Assembly: GCF_001194135.2 (NCBI RefSeq)
Contig: NC_068989.1
Location: 25,663,414 to 25,727,413, forward strand
Direction of reading: 5' to 3'
DNA: 64,000 bases
DNA from: Octopus bimaculoides
Lineage: Eukaryota
Every line of letters starts with the position of its first letter. Within the stretch, counting starts at the first letter, position 1. The notes below the pieces were generated by a model. The model ran no database searches and was not told the DNA's origin. It saw only the letters and a list, made by a program, of their open reading frames with translations. Shown here in pieces: positions 49,401-63,537 of this stretch. Both the position numbers and the translations under genes were made by a program.

Positions 49401-52400
49401 TTTTTCAACCAAGGGAGAAAGCTAAAATATTCTTAGTCGTAGCGCTGAATGGTAAACGGATAAATTTAGAGATTGGAAAAGAAACATAAGGAGGTAAACA
49501 TTCTGGTGCTCTTTTTTTTTTTTATAAAAAATAATAATTTCAGGCGATTCTTTTGCCAATTAAGTACTGGTTAATTGTGCATATCTTTTACCACTGACCA
49601 AAATATTACAAACGGCCGCTATCGACATTATTCTGTAACTTGGGTGCTTATTTCTTTCGACAATTAAAACTACCCATCTGCATAAACTGTTTTAACTTCC
49701 CCTTATAATAAGGATTGTGATAGCAAAATCTACAAACAGAACTCACTAATCGAGATATATGTGTATATGTTTGTGAGCGCTATCTTTATACTTTTATGGT
49801 TATATATTATATGGTCATTCATTGCCAATGGTTAATTTAAGATATATCTTCCTCGTACATTATGGGGAGCTACGAATTTCCAAGGTCTGGAACACATAAT
49901 AATGAGAGAGTTAATATTTCATTCAATACAGAATTATTCTTGATAGAAATGGTTGAACAGAATAATATTTGTAAGTAGAGGATTATTCGGCAACAAAATT
50001 CATTGTGAAAACGTTGGAATATTACCATGAGCTACATCATACATTTGAACATTGCTTGAATTCATCATCATTGTAGTTATGAAGGCAAGAATATTCTAAT
50101 GTTTTTCATTACCCTGACGATATCATATTTTTTAGAATGGCCTTCGGTGAAAAAGTCAATATTTTATTTTCATCGGTTGAGCTACCTGAGAAATGTGATG
50201 TCAGTAATAAGCTTAGGAAGATGTGTCAATTGCAGTGAATATTTAATTTCCTGTACTAATATTAATGTATTAGCACATAGAGGCGTATGCACGTGTGGAG
50301 AAAGAGATTATACCAACTTTTCCTGTGGGAACAGACGTTAGATATTTTTGATTGAACACTCATTAGCTTTTTAGTTTGCTTTAAGGAATTTTGAATTTAT
50401 ATGTATATGCAATATCAACACAAATTTTGCAGACTAGAGAGACAGACATGTGTTATAATATCACACAATACTAACAATCTGACTAACATACTATGACCTT
50501 AGATGGTTATTTGTATATCAAACTATATACATTACAATAATATATAAGTATAATCTAATGAGATATTTCTATACATATACACTCACACACAGACACCCAC
50601 TCATATTAATAAATATATACATATATATAAGAGTTGCCTCACACCTACATACGTGTAAATATAAGTTTGGTGACGTAAGCACATAGTAGCGAGATTAAAC
50701 ATATTCTCTAAGGACGTATGTTTTATACATTTTAATATTCTTGTAAACTATTAAAGTAGTAAATATAAAGTACTAAATGAAAATTTTAGCGAAGGTATAA
50801 TGAATAGATATTAATATATTTATCATGATGTCAGTGCAGTCGTTGTATAAATTTCATGTCTTCTCTCTTGTTGAATATAGAAAATCAAAAGACAGACTAC
50901 AGAGACATAGAATAGATCTAACGATACGACACAAAAAAAAAAAAACACTTTAATATATCCTGCAGTAAAATAAATATGTTAAGGTTAGTCACGCTAGCAA
51001 GAAGACCGTTCTTTGATTAAGGTATTTGAAAATTTATCTAGACATTGTTTACTAACAGAGCAAAGCACTCATATATCATGACCGTAGCATTTCATGCGTA
51101 GAAACTTTTAACTGCTGCTAACTGACTATAATGATCAAAATTACTGAGATAAGATACCACAAGCAAGTTGCGTTATACCATTACTCAGTAGGTAACATAA
51201 GCTATATCATATGATTGGTTACACTGGAAAGGGAGATTTAAATATACATACACGATGCATATATATAAGTATAGTGCGAATTAATGAAATAAGAGTAAGA
51301 GATATAAGTAAAATCTTCGTAATAATGTGTATAATGGCCATGATAATAATGTTTGAGATGACATCCATAATGCAGTCTTCATTGATATATCGAAGTGAAA
51401 TTGCATGTGGTGTAATGTATTTGAATGGTATGAATGGTATGAAGGCACATTTTATTGTTGTTTAAAATGTTTCTGGCATTGGATAAGTGAAAAATACAAT
51501 GGATACTGGAAACTGCTACAAAACATAACAAAATACTTATATCACGATTAATAAATAAATAGATACTGTTCCTCTTATAATTTTACTCTCAGAAATGTTA
51601 TCAAGAGAAGGTGAGTTAATGTAATAAGTAGATAAGTTATTAAGTTCTAGAAGAGGTGTTAACTTTCTTAAAAAAATTGTAGGTCTCCAATGACCTTAAA
51701 TATGTGTATTAAAGTCTTTTGAAAGAAAGATTTTTATAAATCAATGAAAAATTGTATACACATTCACTAGATTACGCCGTAAGTTTAAAAAAAAAACGAA
51801 AGCAAACATAAAATATAAATATACACTTTAGTAGAAATTCATTTAGATTTTGTAAAGAACTTTTATGAAAATGAGAATCTATAGTTTATTGTTTTATCTT
51901 CATTTTTGTAAACTAAATTTCCCTAGTGCAATTATAATTTACGATTATGTACTCTTGACTTGCATGCTGCGTTCGAAAGGTTGGAGACATTTGTAGAGCC
52001 CAGAGGAGATTTTTATGAAAATTACATATCTCTGTTAAAAGCACTCAAGGATGGTTTCTTGAAAATCAGAACTACCAATCAACAGTTTTACTCATACCTT
52101 AAAGTCTTGGTATTTGAAAGTTTCCTCAATAGAATGAAATCAATCTAGGAAATGACCGAAATCATCGTTTAAAAATCACACCTCCCACGCTTTATGATGA
52201 AGGCTACAGCTGATTGAGCTTGTTTCATTCTGTATCCTTCTTTATCCTAGGGTCTTCTTTAACGATGCAATTTTTCCAAACCTCAGCCAAACGTATATTT
52301 AACACCTTTCCAATAATCTTTAATAACTATATTCTTTAATAGTTTTAATAAACTCTTCGACAGATTGATGCTTACTCATATGCAGTCATCTTTGTAACTC

Positions 52401-54301
52401 TAATTTTTAGTGCTCATGACTTCCGCGGTTGTTTAGAAGGAAGTCAGAAGTGACCGAAAAAAATAAGATAAAAAGGCTTTCAAACGACTAATGAACACAT
52501 TTCGTCAAAAGTATTTGCTTTGTAAAACGATTGTAGGGTATTTTGTTGCTTTTTCTAGTAAGTTATTTCGCCAGGTTATTCAGCGAAATTTAGGGCATAG
52601 TTAATCTAACATTCACTTGTTCAAATTCAAGTTAATGCGACAGTTTTCTAAACTTTTAAGTGTAACTTTTTTACTCACTCTGTATTTCGCCGTCCAAACA
52701 TCTCTTATGTACACAGAAATCAGTCCGCTTTTGTTGGAAGATATCGAGAAATAAAATAGGAAGTCTTCACACATAAACGTCGTAAACCTATGTAGAATCA
52801 CTGGCAGACAAAGAATTACATTAGAGCACAAAATTTACATACAAAAATACATATACAAATGCACACACTCGCGCGCAAACACACACACACACAAATGCAC
52901 GCACACATGTATGTGTGTGTGTGTATTGATAGATAAAATGAAAAAGACGGAGAGAGGAAGAGAGAAAGAGGGAGAAAAGGATTCTCACCGTATAATCGGA
53001 ATAAACCATAATAGAACTGTCATAAATGCATATCGGTAGTGGTTTTGTTTTAACGGCAGAAATTTTTCCGTATCGAGAAATACGTCGACTACATCCGGTT
53101 CTCTCCTTTATGAAATATTTAATGCGGATTGTACAGTTTTGGTTCCTTGTAGTCGTCGAACACAAATTCTGGATAGTTTACACTAACTTTCAGTTAACTT
53201 AAGGGAATTTCTATCTAAATATCATCTGTACGTCTAGCTGCAAAAAGACTATTTCCACATTTGAAGATAGGAATAATCAAAGTCCAATCTCGTAGACATT
53301 TGGAAGTTCCTGAAAAAGTTGCGACGTTTGCATCGTTTTCCAGCACCCCCACTGTGTGCACCCAAAATGCTATTGTATTCGCATATACTATTGAATAAAA
53401 TATTACTAGCAATACGTTGACCGTCTAAGATATCTTGCCAGCCCCACTCTAGTTCGAGCAATTTCTTCTCGGAAACGCTGCTGTCGCTAAGGACTAAAAC
53501 ATCCAAACACATGTACTACATCTCATTGAACGGTTGTCTATGCTTCACCTGTACCTCTGTCTATCCATATTTATACTAAATACAATTAGTAAATGTATTT
53601 ACGGGGAAGGCAGGGTGAGGTGTATGATTTCGCAGCGGAAAATTATTGAACTTGGTCTTCATTTTTCTAGAAGTTTGTAATATGCTTCTAACATCCTTGT
53701 ATCTGACATATTTTAACATTTTCTTCCATAAGCTGGGAAGAAGAAGAGCTTTTTTACTGACATAAGGAAAGATTATATGGGCATACTATATGAAACAAAG
53801 TGACTGAACATACTATATAAAGCAAGGAAAGCCATATGCTAATGAACACAGAAAGAAAAATAGAGTAAAATAATTTACTTCATAATCACGTTATCTGTAA
53901 TCACGAATGTAAAGGAAGCCAAAAAGCAAAATGAGAAATATCAGAACATCCAAAAAGATAGAGAGATTTTGAAACACACGGGTGAAAATTCTCCCTTCGG
54001 AAAATGCTGTGCAGAGCACAACACCCGTACTACTACCTTGTAAGCAGGAAGATATTGGAATTTTGGCACATGGCAAGGAGTCGAGGCTAAATTCCATTCT
54101 GTATACTAGGGAATCTTGGAAATGGTTTTAAGTAGTTGGCCTGTAATATTGTTAAAGACTCATTCATAAAAGTTCTGTGCTTAGCACAATTGCACGCAAA
54201 CATTTTTTTTATGGTGTATGGTAATGATGAAGATGATAATTTTAACATAAGTGTAAGAATATAAAATAATGATATCGATGGTCATGATGATAATGACTGT
54301 C

Positions 54302-54342
<41 letters not shown>
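54302..54342. repeat. (GAT)n microsatellite
   Basis: Direct trinucleotide repeat. Confidence 0.95.
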
Positions 54343-54343
54343 A

Positions 54344-55226
54344 GCAAGAACACTCAGAGAGTGCAAACCTCCGCTAAGGCATCACCAACGTCCTCTTAAC
54401 GATTAGCCAGAGATAATTTTAAAACTGAGAATGCCTGAAATAAACTCGACTGCTCTCACAAACGAAAATGCTGAAAATGAACGTGACCGATCTCAAAAAT
54501 TAATTTAGAAAACCGGAAAAATAATCCAGACTACTTGTCTGGCACCTGAGTGATCCCAATGGCAGTCATGGAATCTGAAGGTGGGTGTTTGAAGTAATGC
54601 TGTGTCGTCTGCAGTGGAAACTGGGACAGTTTTCTCTATGAAGGCCTTTTTTTCATCTATCCACAGTTATAGTGTATTTACGACCATTAAGGTCTATAGT
54701 GAAAGATTATCCGTGCGTGAAAAAAAATGAAAAGGGTCTGTTAACGGAAGTTTAACAGCATCGTTGCGTACCAAAAGAGTGAGTCCTAGAAGTAAAGCTT
54801 CCTTCAAGGCACAGCTAGAAATGTAGTTTGATTTCTTTATCCATGAGTTTCTACTAAGATAGAGGCGAGAATAAAATTAATAATAGAGAAACGAAATTTA
54901 AACTTTGGAAACAGCAACGTCGCCATGACTTACGTGTAAAGCCCGAGCGTGCTTTCAAGGGAGGTAAGCAGAGAAAGACTTGAAAGTCAACGTAAGATCG
55001 TAATAGATTGTAAATAATGTAAATATAACAAATAATCCAGAATCCTTGTCCTGTACCGGATCGATCTCAAAGTATGAATAGTTTGTGCCAGTCACGAGGC
55101 CAAACATGCCTGAAAGTTTCATCCGAATCCATCCAGCGCTGCTTGAGATATCTTGCCCACGTCAAACAAACAAACAAACAAACACGACTAAAAACAATAC
55201 CTCCGCCTTCGCTAAGGCGGGGGTAA
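54344..55226 (+). mobile_element. Helentron/HINE (DINE-1-like) non-autonomous element, interrupted
   Basis: 5' subterminal acctccgc (54367-54374), an internal (AAAC)n run, and a 3' hairpin ccgcctt-cgct-aaggcgg (55203-55220) whose end is inverted relative to the 5' motif. Non-coding and flanked by microsatellites. Confidence 0.6.
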
Positions 55227-55231
55227 TAATG

Positions 55232-55268
<37 letters not shown>
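55224..55268. repeat. (AAT)n microsatellite
   Basis: Direct trinucleotide repeat. Confidence 0.95.
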
Positions 55269-55270
<2 letters not shown>

Positions 55271-55274
55271 GCCC

Positions 55275-55770
55275 TGATGGAGTAACAGGCAGTAGCTCTC
55301 ATGAGTTCTCTTCTCAATTGTTTGGAAGTGTTATAATGTACATTGTTTTGTCTTGGCATAAAAGATGGGCTACAGCAGATATTCTGCTCAATACTACAGA
55401 TTTGCTTGTCAGTTGCTTGACCATAACCAGTTGAGCATGTCCCTTAGTGGCTGACGATATGTGTATCCCTAATCAGGAGCAGAAGTAGTGGGGGAGCATC
55501 ATAGAAACATGGGTGTTTAGTTCCACACCCTTAAACAACCCTTATTCAGGGACCTTTTGAGCAGGATTGGCTACTCGACCTGACGAAAATTGTGACTGGG
55601 TCCCACCTGCGTCGTCCTGCGCTGTTAACCTTGATATGAAATCACTATGTCGCGCACATATGGCTGCGCTGCATGTGCCTGCTGTACCGTTATCAGAAGG
55701 GTAGTCATGCGCTTCGTATATTTTACCCCAATGTCACGTTGCTGGCATGCACTGTTCTCTCAATAATAAA
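55275..55770 (+). repeat. Interspersed repeat, probable retroelement 3' region ending in ctctcaataataa
   Basis: GC-richer block between two AAT-rich tracts. Family not assignable. Confidence 0.4.
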
Positions 55771-58200
55771 AATTTTAAAAAATAAAGATAATGGAAATTA
55801 TAAGTAAATTTATTAAAATAAAGCTGTGTACATTTAATTTGAACACTTTTGTATACACATAAACTTAAAAAAAAATCTCAGTGGTAACTATGTTAGAAGA
55901 GGAATATACACGCATACACATGCAAAGCTAAATGTTTACAGACGTATACACATGCGCACACAAGCACAAACATCCATCACTTTTCGCGCACACACATATG
56001 TACATAACACACACACACACACTGACACATATGTGTGTATGTGTTATGTGAATAGGTGTGTGTGTGTGCGCATAAACTGATGGATAAATTTCGAAATATT
56101 TAAACAAATTTATATACATAAATTCAGCTGCAAACAAGCTTTATGCAAATTTATCAAGTAAATTAAGGATTGTTTCTTCGCATCAATTTACATATTGTAA
56201 CGACATGCCTCTTTATAGTCCTTTTTGTTGAATTGATAACAAATTGTGGTATATTTTCCTAAGAAATTTTCGTTTATATTGATAGAATATTCATAATGTT
56301 GCATGAATTGTTTCCAACGTAATTTAAGAAATGCAAACTAGGGAATAGATTTAGCCTCGGAAAAAGTAGATAAGAACTCATTCTTCACTAGTGAATCATT
56401 TTTATCTTAAGTAGAGTCTGAAGCAATGAGGAATAGCTATATAATGCCGGAGAAAAAATTTGAAATATATAATTTATTGCACTGTTCAGAAGAAGCAAGA
56501 TTACGAAAAAGCAACAATGGCAGCACAAAGAAATGCCATTCAGAAAACTTTTTTTTCTTTTTTTTTAGTGATAATCTGGGAAATGATATTTTAAAAAATA
56601 AAAGAAATACATTTGAAAGATTTGAATAAAAGTATTTGTTAGAATGAATACATTGAGGGAACCGGAAGCAGATTATGATGAACTACTAAAAGAAGAATTC
56701 TTTCACTCAAACAAAGCGCGTGACAAGTGTATGAAAAGTTGTAAACAATAAAAAAAGACAAAATAATGAAGAAAAATCGTATGAAACACAAAAGAACGAA
56801 GAGAAAGGAGTAGGAAAAGAAAGAAGCGAGGAAGACACGTTCCATACGTCCTGGTGTTGAAAGTGTTGGAGATGATGATGCATAGGACACGTAATAAGAG
56901 GAGGACAAAAGAAAGGAGAAAGTAGATTAATTAGAAGTCAGATGTCTTAGTAATAAGAAAAAATGTTTCAATGACAATATATCTCTTTGAAAATATTGTT
57001 ACATGCATAAAATGTGAGATGTGGACGAAAGATTTATTAATGCTGAACAATGATTGAGAAATATATTTATAAAAACTAGCAGTGCATAGAAAAGTTTTGA
57101 CACGAAGTATATCTATCTTTCTATCTATCTATTTATTGTTAGCATTAGTGATCTTGCATTTTAATCTTCGTACGTATGTATGTATGTGTGTATGTATCTC
57201 TTTAAAACTACGAATTAATGCAAGCACGGAAGCAGTTACGTATGTGAATATATGAAGTCATATATATTAATTACTGCATATGGAAAGAAGGAGCAGTGCC
57301 GATGGCTTTTGCAAATTTTTCTTGGCTTCAGAGATTGATTTCATTAATGTTTCACTTAAACCATCAAATCAAATAATTCTTCTAACATGTGATAAGCAAC
57401 AGAAAAAATTCTTGCGGCAGCGAATATATTGCTGTGTTGCATCTAAGACTTGAACTGGGTTGATTTTTAGGCAATAACCGTTACACTCAGAAATGTCATT
57501 TATGTACGCCATGGAGTTACGTTTCTCTTTTCCTTATATATTTCCAATGCTAAATTGCTGTTGCTACGATTATATGTGGTACAAATTGCACATATATATA
57601 ATCAGCTTTGCCCCACCACCATTAGTTTTGAATACATAGCATACTCATTTATATATTGATGCATCTATCCAGATGTCCGCTTTGGAGTCAATTCCACGAA
57701 CTGAACCCGGATGCTTCAAATCTCATACATATAGCGAACAGCTTCATATCCTGCACTTGGTCTTCGTTTGTTCTAGTTATTACAAGCTCTCTCTCTCCAT
57801 GCAAGAAAGACAAATTCCCTTAGCAGACAACATGCGAATCAATATCTATAAGCTTTAAAATGGGCAGCGATGTCAATTATCTCTAAAGTCACTTGGGTTA
57901 AACTCCAGAGACTCATGGCAAATTACATGTAGAGCAAGAAGACATTGAATAAAGTAGCAAAAACAAATGCTGTATTCGGGATGATCATCTTTTCTTCTTA
58001 TGTATTCGTTTTTCATTCATTTATTACTGTTCTTATTGTAACTCATGTTGATTGTCCGGAAATCTTTCGTCACCAATCTGTGACCTCTTCAGTGACATTT
58101 TCCATCTTCGTGTGTGTCCTTGCTCCGCTTTTCTATTCTGTTCTGTGATGTGTATCATTATATGCGTCTGTGTTTCTGTATGGGTGGGTGAACATGTCTA

Positions 58201-58237
<37 letters not shown>

Positions 58238-58539
58238 TTGTGTGTGTGGGCGTGTGCATGTTTGTGTGTTTGCTTCATATGTTGTTTATATTCGTGCCCT
58301 TTATACATTTTTTTATCTATCTCTATTTCTTTTATTTATCATAGGTATGTTCATATTTGTCTATTGTATGTTCATTACACAGTTTGTATTTTGGTTTTTC
58401 TCTCTCTTCTGTCTTTAGTCGTCTTATTATGTGTAGAGGTGGCTGTAATAGTTCTATTCGTGTTTTCTGTTGAGGCTATGTGTGTAGCCTCTGGTATCTG
58501 TCTAAGTGTCATGTCTGTTCTATGCGTTGGTAATACGTC

Positions 58540-59335
58540 TATGCTATTAACCGAGCCTCTATGTTCTGCTTGAGCATTTTGGTAGAGCACAGATGACTCT
58601 TTCTCTTCTTTGAGTCCTCGTCAGTGTTCATCTATACGCTCAACTATGCAGTTTATTCAATGTAAGTAGATGCCATGTTACTGCACTGTCCTTCACTACA
58701 TCGTAAGCTGTAGACTATATTCTTAACCTTACATTAAACCTGTGTTTTCATTCTACATACAATACGATTGTCTCTGTACATGGTGACCTATCGCAGAGAT
58801 AAGTTCTACAACTCAGGGATTTTATCGGGGCAACATGCCTTTCTACTACTTTAATCCGTACACTGGTCTTTCTACAAAGGCAAGCTACTTCGCTGCCAAG
58901 GGTAGCATCAACGAACATGACACTTTGGTATTTTTGGTATCATAACATGGGTTGGCTTTATTTATCTTTTTTCTGGTCCTTTCTGTGCTGTTACAAGATT
59001 TGCTTTGCTCCTGTATAACGGGCAGATCCCTCTCTAAGATGGCATTGTACTTAGACATGGTTCCTTTGTACATTCTAATCCTGACCCTTTGGTTGTACCC
59101 AGAGAATTGCATGTGATGGATGAAGTGTTGCATGACTTTCCACTTCAGTAGGGTCACACATACGAGACACCTTCTTCCTCACTCTCGCCGAGTCTGCTAT
59201 AGGAACATTGAATTTGCCGTTGTCCACAATAGTTGTGTTCTTGTGGGCAAGGTATTTAGAGGCCATAAGTTTGGCATAATGGCAATGAAAGATCTGGACC
59301 TTACTGTTCTTGGTTTCCAGCCAGAGATCCGTGTC
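58540..59335 (-). mobile_element. Penelope-like element: RT thumb, linker and GIY-YIG endonuclease fragment
   Basis: DTDLWLE..HYAKLMASKYLAH, FSGYNQRVRIRMYKG.MSKY, FVDATLGSE, IKVVE..VAPIKSL, CD...C...CIVC, NIVYSLRC....C....TYI.*T..L (GIY-YIG). Confidence 0.8.
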
Positions 59336-60148
59336 TAAACTGGAGATAGAAAAGCATTCACAAAGATTCGTTGGAACATAAGGAGAAAGACGATTCAGAT
59401 GGCCTCAGCAACAACACAAATAGCAACAACATCGTAGACACCGTTATTGTATGTGCGTTTATGTACTGCGAAGAATCCATCCAGAAAACATTTTAAAAGC
59501 AGTCATTCTGCGTACGTTACCGGGAGTAACATGTATTATTTTAAACTATATGGTAGATGTGTATACATCCACCACGTCCCAAATATATATATATATNNNN
59601 NNNNNNNNNNNNNNNNNNNNNNNNNNNNNNNNNNNNNNNNNNNNNNNNNNNNNNNNNNNNNNNNNNNNNNNNNNNNNNNNNNNNNNNNNNNNNNNNNNNN
59701 NNNNNNNNNNNNNNNNNNNNNNNNNNNNNNNNNNNNNNNNNNNNNNNNNNNNNNNNNNNNNNNNNNNNNNNNNNNNNNNNNNNNNNNNNNNNNNNNNNNN
59801 NNNNNNNNNNNNNNNNNNNNNNNNNNNNNNNNNNNNNNNNNNNNNNNNNNNNNNNNNNNNNNNNNNNNNNNNNNNNNNNNNNNNNNNNNNNNNNNNNNNN
59901 NNNNNNNNNNNNNNNNNNNNNNNNNNNNNNNNNNNNNNNNNNNNNNNNNNNNNNNNNNNNNNNNNNNNNNNNNNNNNNNNNNNNNNNNNNNNNNNNNNNN
60001 NNNNNNNNNNNNNNNNNNNNNNNNNNNNNNNNNNNNNNNNNNNNNNNNNNNNNNNNNNNNNNNNNNNNNNNNNNNNNNNNNNNNNNNNNNNNNNNNNNNN
60101 NNNNNNNNNNNNNNNNNNNNNNNNNNNNNNNNNNNNNNNNNNNNNNNN

Positions 60149-60239
60149 GAATAAGTCCTGGAGTCGATTTGCTCGACTAAAGGCGGTGCTCTAGCATGGC
60201 CACAGTCAAAAAGACTGAAACAAGTAAAAGAGTAAAAGA

Positions 60240-60240
<1 letters not shown>
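60149..60240 (+). mobile_element. Octopus-type SINE 3' end after a gap
   Basis: gaataagtcctggagtcgatttgctcgactaaaggcggtgct...gtaaaagagtaaaagag, close to 12897-12990. Confidence 0.88.
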
Positions 60241-60270
<30 letters not shown>

Positions 60271-62354
60271 ACAGACAATGAATGTAAACACTTGGTGCAG
60301 AATTCGTTGTTAATTTTTTATATAATTTGTTGCTGCCAATATTTATGTATAAAATAACATATGTAATGTCTATTTTTATGCCAGAAAGTGTTTTCTGTGT
60401 GTATCATTCTATATATTTTCAGCACATCATATTGCAATGGAAGATATTAACTTGATGATAGTTTGCGACAGGTGCTAATCCCATATGTTATAACCAAAAT
60501 CGACAGTAATTGATGCATCTTGAGAGTTCTCATTCACTCTTTTATTTACTAGATACTTCGCACTTATATCCGTTCTCTTTTCTTTTCTTTTTTTTTTCAC
60601 TTCACAATCGTTTCTTTCAAGGTGTGATGGAATGTCACGCGAAAAAGAGGTGCTACATTTCATGTTTATATTATTCTCCTTATCAATCTTACGAGAAACG
60701 TATTCATGCGTAACCTTTCTGACGTATGTTAGTCCTCTGTGTTTAAGCTGACAGGGGCGTCACTGTAAAGTACATGATTCTTGCGCAGTAGTTCCCCTCT
60801 AGCTTCACTCTCAAGCACTTGCCGCGGCCGATGATTACATAGCAATGCATACATATTTATGTTCATGTATACAGAAAACACACACGCGCACCCAAACACA
60901 CAGACACACACACACACATCCACACACATCCACACGCATATAAATGCATAACTACCTACATATATATATGTATACACATGCATATGTACGTCTATATATA
61001 TGCATATATATATATATATATANNNNNNNNNNNNNNNNNNNNNNNNAGAGAGAGAGAGAGAGAGAGAAAGAGATACCGATTGATCGATATATCAATAATC
61101 AGTTCAGAGTCATTCGACATTGAGATGAAAGGCTGATGTTCAATATCGTAGAATTTGATGTACAAAATATTTGGATATTCTTGGTTGAAACCATCCGTGT
61201 CGCTTGAATGAACGTAAGTGCTTTCCCTGAGAAATTCGTCCAGAAAGCCATGAAAATATGCATTTTTAATACACATTCGGCAAAGTGTTTCACATAGAAT
61301 AACAAGTTGAAAGTCAGTTATCAGTATAAGAGCAAAGGTAAAATAAATACGTTGAATAAGCCATAAAATGGCAAACGCTGTTACGAGTCATTGCAATACG
61401 AAATGCATAGGACAAAATCGGTGATTTTCATCAAAATGATGGTGTCAGCTTCACGACTGATGACTTCTGCAGCCTGCATAGAGAGGAAATCGTGCTGAAT
61501 TTTTCTAGGGCATTGTCTACTGTGTAATTCCTTAATTTCGTATTGATAACATGCACAACAGTGAAAAAGTTCCATACCTAGCTAGTTTTATCAGTAGTTT
61601 TACAACAATGTGTTGTAAAGCTATCTAGAAACTGGTTTATCTGTTTAAAATAAGTTTATCTGTTCAAAACCTATCCTTGCACCCATGGAAAAACTTAAAA
61701 TATTTCGGTTGTCAATGTCTTGAGTATGTCCGTCTGATTTTACCTCGCCTATGTTTAACCAAAATATTACTGCAATGAATTTCACATTGTCGATTATCGA
61801 AAGAGTGCTCAACAGGTTTAATATAATGTTTCCTATGAGATAAAAGTATCTATATAAAGCCTTATTTTATGAATGGATATAATAATTAGTTTTATACCAA
61901 GTTTAGGTAATACATAATGCATACCATTCAATCAAATACATTATTATTTTGTTCGAGATTATGGAAATGATGAAAATGCATCTCCCCGTCATCACTTAAG
62001 CCTAAATAAGAGAGAGGGAGCTCAATTATATAATAGTAAGTTCTTTCTCATTAATTCTTTCAAATATATAAACAACTGAGAAAACATATATACAAGAAAT
62101 GTCAGAATAATCTAAAATTCTCTTTTGAAGATTCAGTATATAAACGATAATTTGAAATTGTGTGAGATCATGCCTGAAATACCTTTTGTTATTCTGATTA
62201 CTTGCGAGCAGGTATTCTTATTGCAATTTGCTTCAATGTTTTCAACTCGCATACATTTGTCCAGGCATACAATAAAATATAATAATTATTGTTTTGTTCA
62301 AAGCAGAACAATAAACCGATATAGCATTCATAGAAACACACACACACACAGACA

Positions 62355-62402
<48 letters not shown>

Positions 62403-62424
62403 CACACACAGACACACAGACACA

Positions 62425-62465
<41 letters not shown>

Positions 62466-63537
62466 ACACGAACACACACAAATCAAAAATTTCCTTTGAA
62501 GAGCGCTGATGTAAAATAAACAAGAAATGTTAACAATTTTACAATAAATAATTTGAAAATACCTGAATCTATTTATAAAATAAATGAATAAGAAGCTGTA
62601 ATCATAACTGTCGATTATTTCGACTTTTACAATCGAACTTTTCATTTGCAAATAGTGTTAGCCATATCGCTGTATATAACTTTAGTTTGTTCATATTTTT
62701 AACATACAATAAAAAAAATGTCAATTATCATGTTCTGAATATATCTGATCCAAATTAGGATGTGGAAATTCACCATGTAGCCGGCGAACAATAATTCTAA
62801 CAGGCCTACTGACCAGTGAGCTCTTTAAACGCAATGGCAATCTACCCCATTAGTTTGACTTCTCTCAAAATTATGTTAATTGTCTTTAAAAAGATCAGTA
62901 GAAACACATAAATAAATAAATAAATCAGTTGCCCAATCTTATACCAAATTTCTTTGCAAAAGTATACCAAATCGCACGCTGAACTGAATTCCAGAAACAA
63001 TTGCAGCATCTTAACAATGATCTTGACTCGTAGCACGTTTTGTTCAAGCACACAAGAAAAACACACAAATGTTGGCAGCCAAGTTTAATAATGGTAACTT
63101 GCTTTCCGTTTATCGGAATACTTGGTATCCTTATTGTAAAACCACAGATTATTCCTCCAAAATTAGAGTGTAAACTGCACGACGTACTAACCGGAAATGG
63201 TACCTGAGATATTTAACGCTTATTCATAAACCTTTTCCTCTCTATTGACTGTTCATTTTCATCTTCCTATAATTAATTAATTCGCTGACGCATTGTGGGA
63301 CGAACTATAAACATGTAAATTTGGGCACTCTTTCCATATTTCATGTTATTTCGGTAGTTTTTACATGTTTTATGTCACAAACGCTTATAATAAGGATTTG
63401 CTCTGCTAAATCATACTGTTCTATATTTAAGAGATGAAGAATTATGTACAATATTTAAATAATTTTCGATGTTGTTGTTATTATTATTATTATTATTATT
63501 ATCATTATTATTAGTTTAGTATTATTATTATTATTAC

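Noticed and set aside
51960-52148. AAFERLETFVEPRGDFYEN, similar to a Tc1/mariner C-terminus
   Set aside because: Too short, with no other transposase motifs or TIR nearby.
57673-57830. CPLWSQFHEL..LIHIANSF, resembling the Popeye/BVES N-terminus
   Set aside because: Needs a gap, the frame closes without a good donor, and no downstream Popeye exons were found in the correct order.
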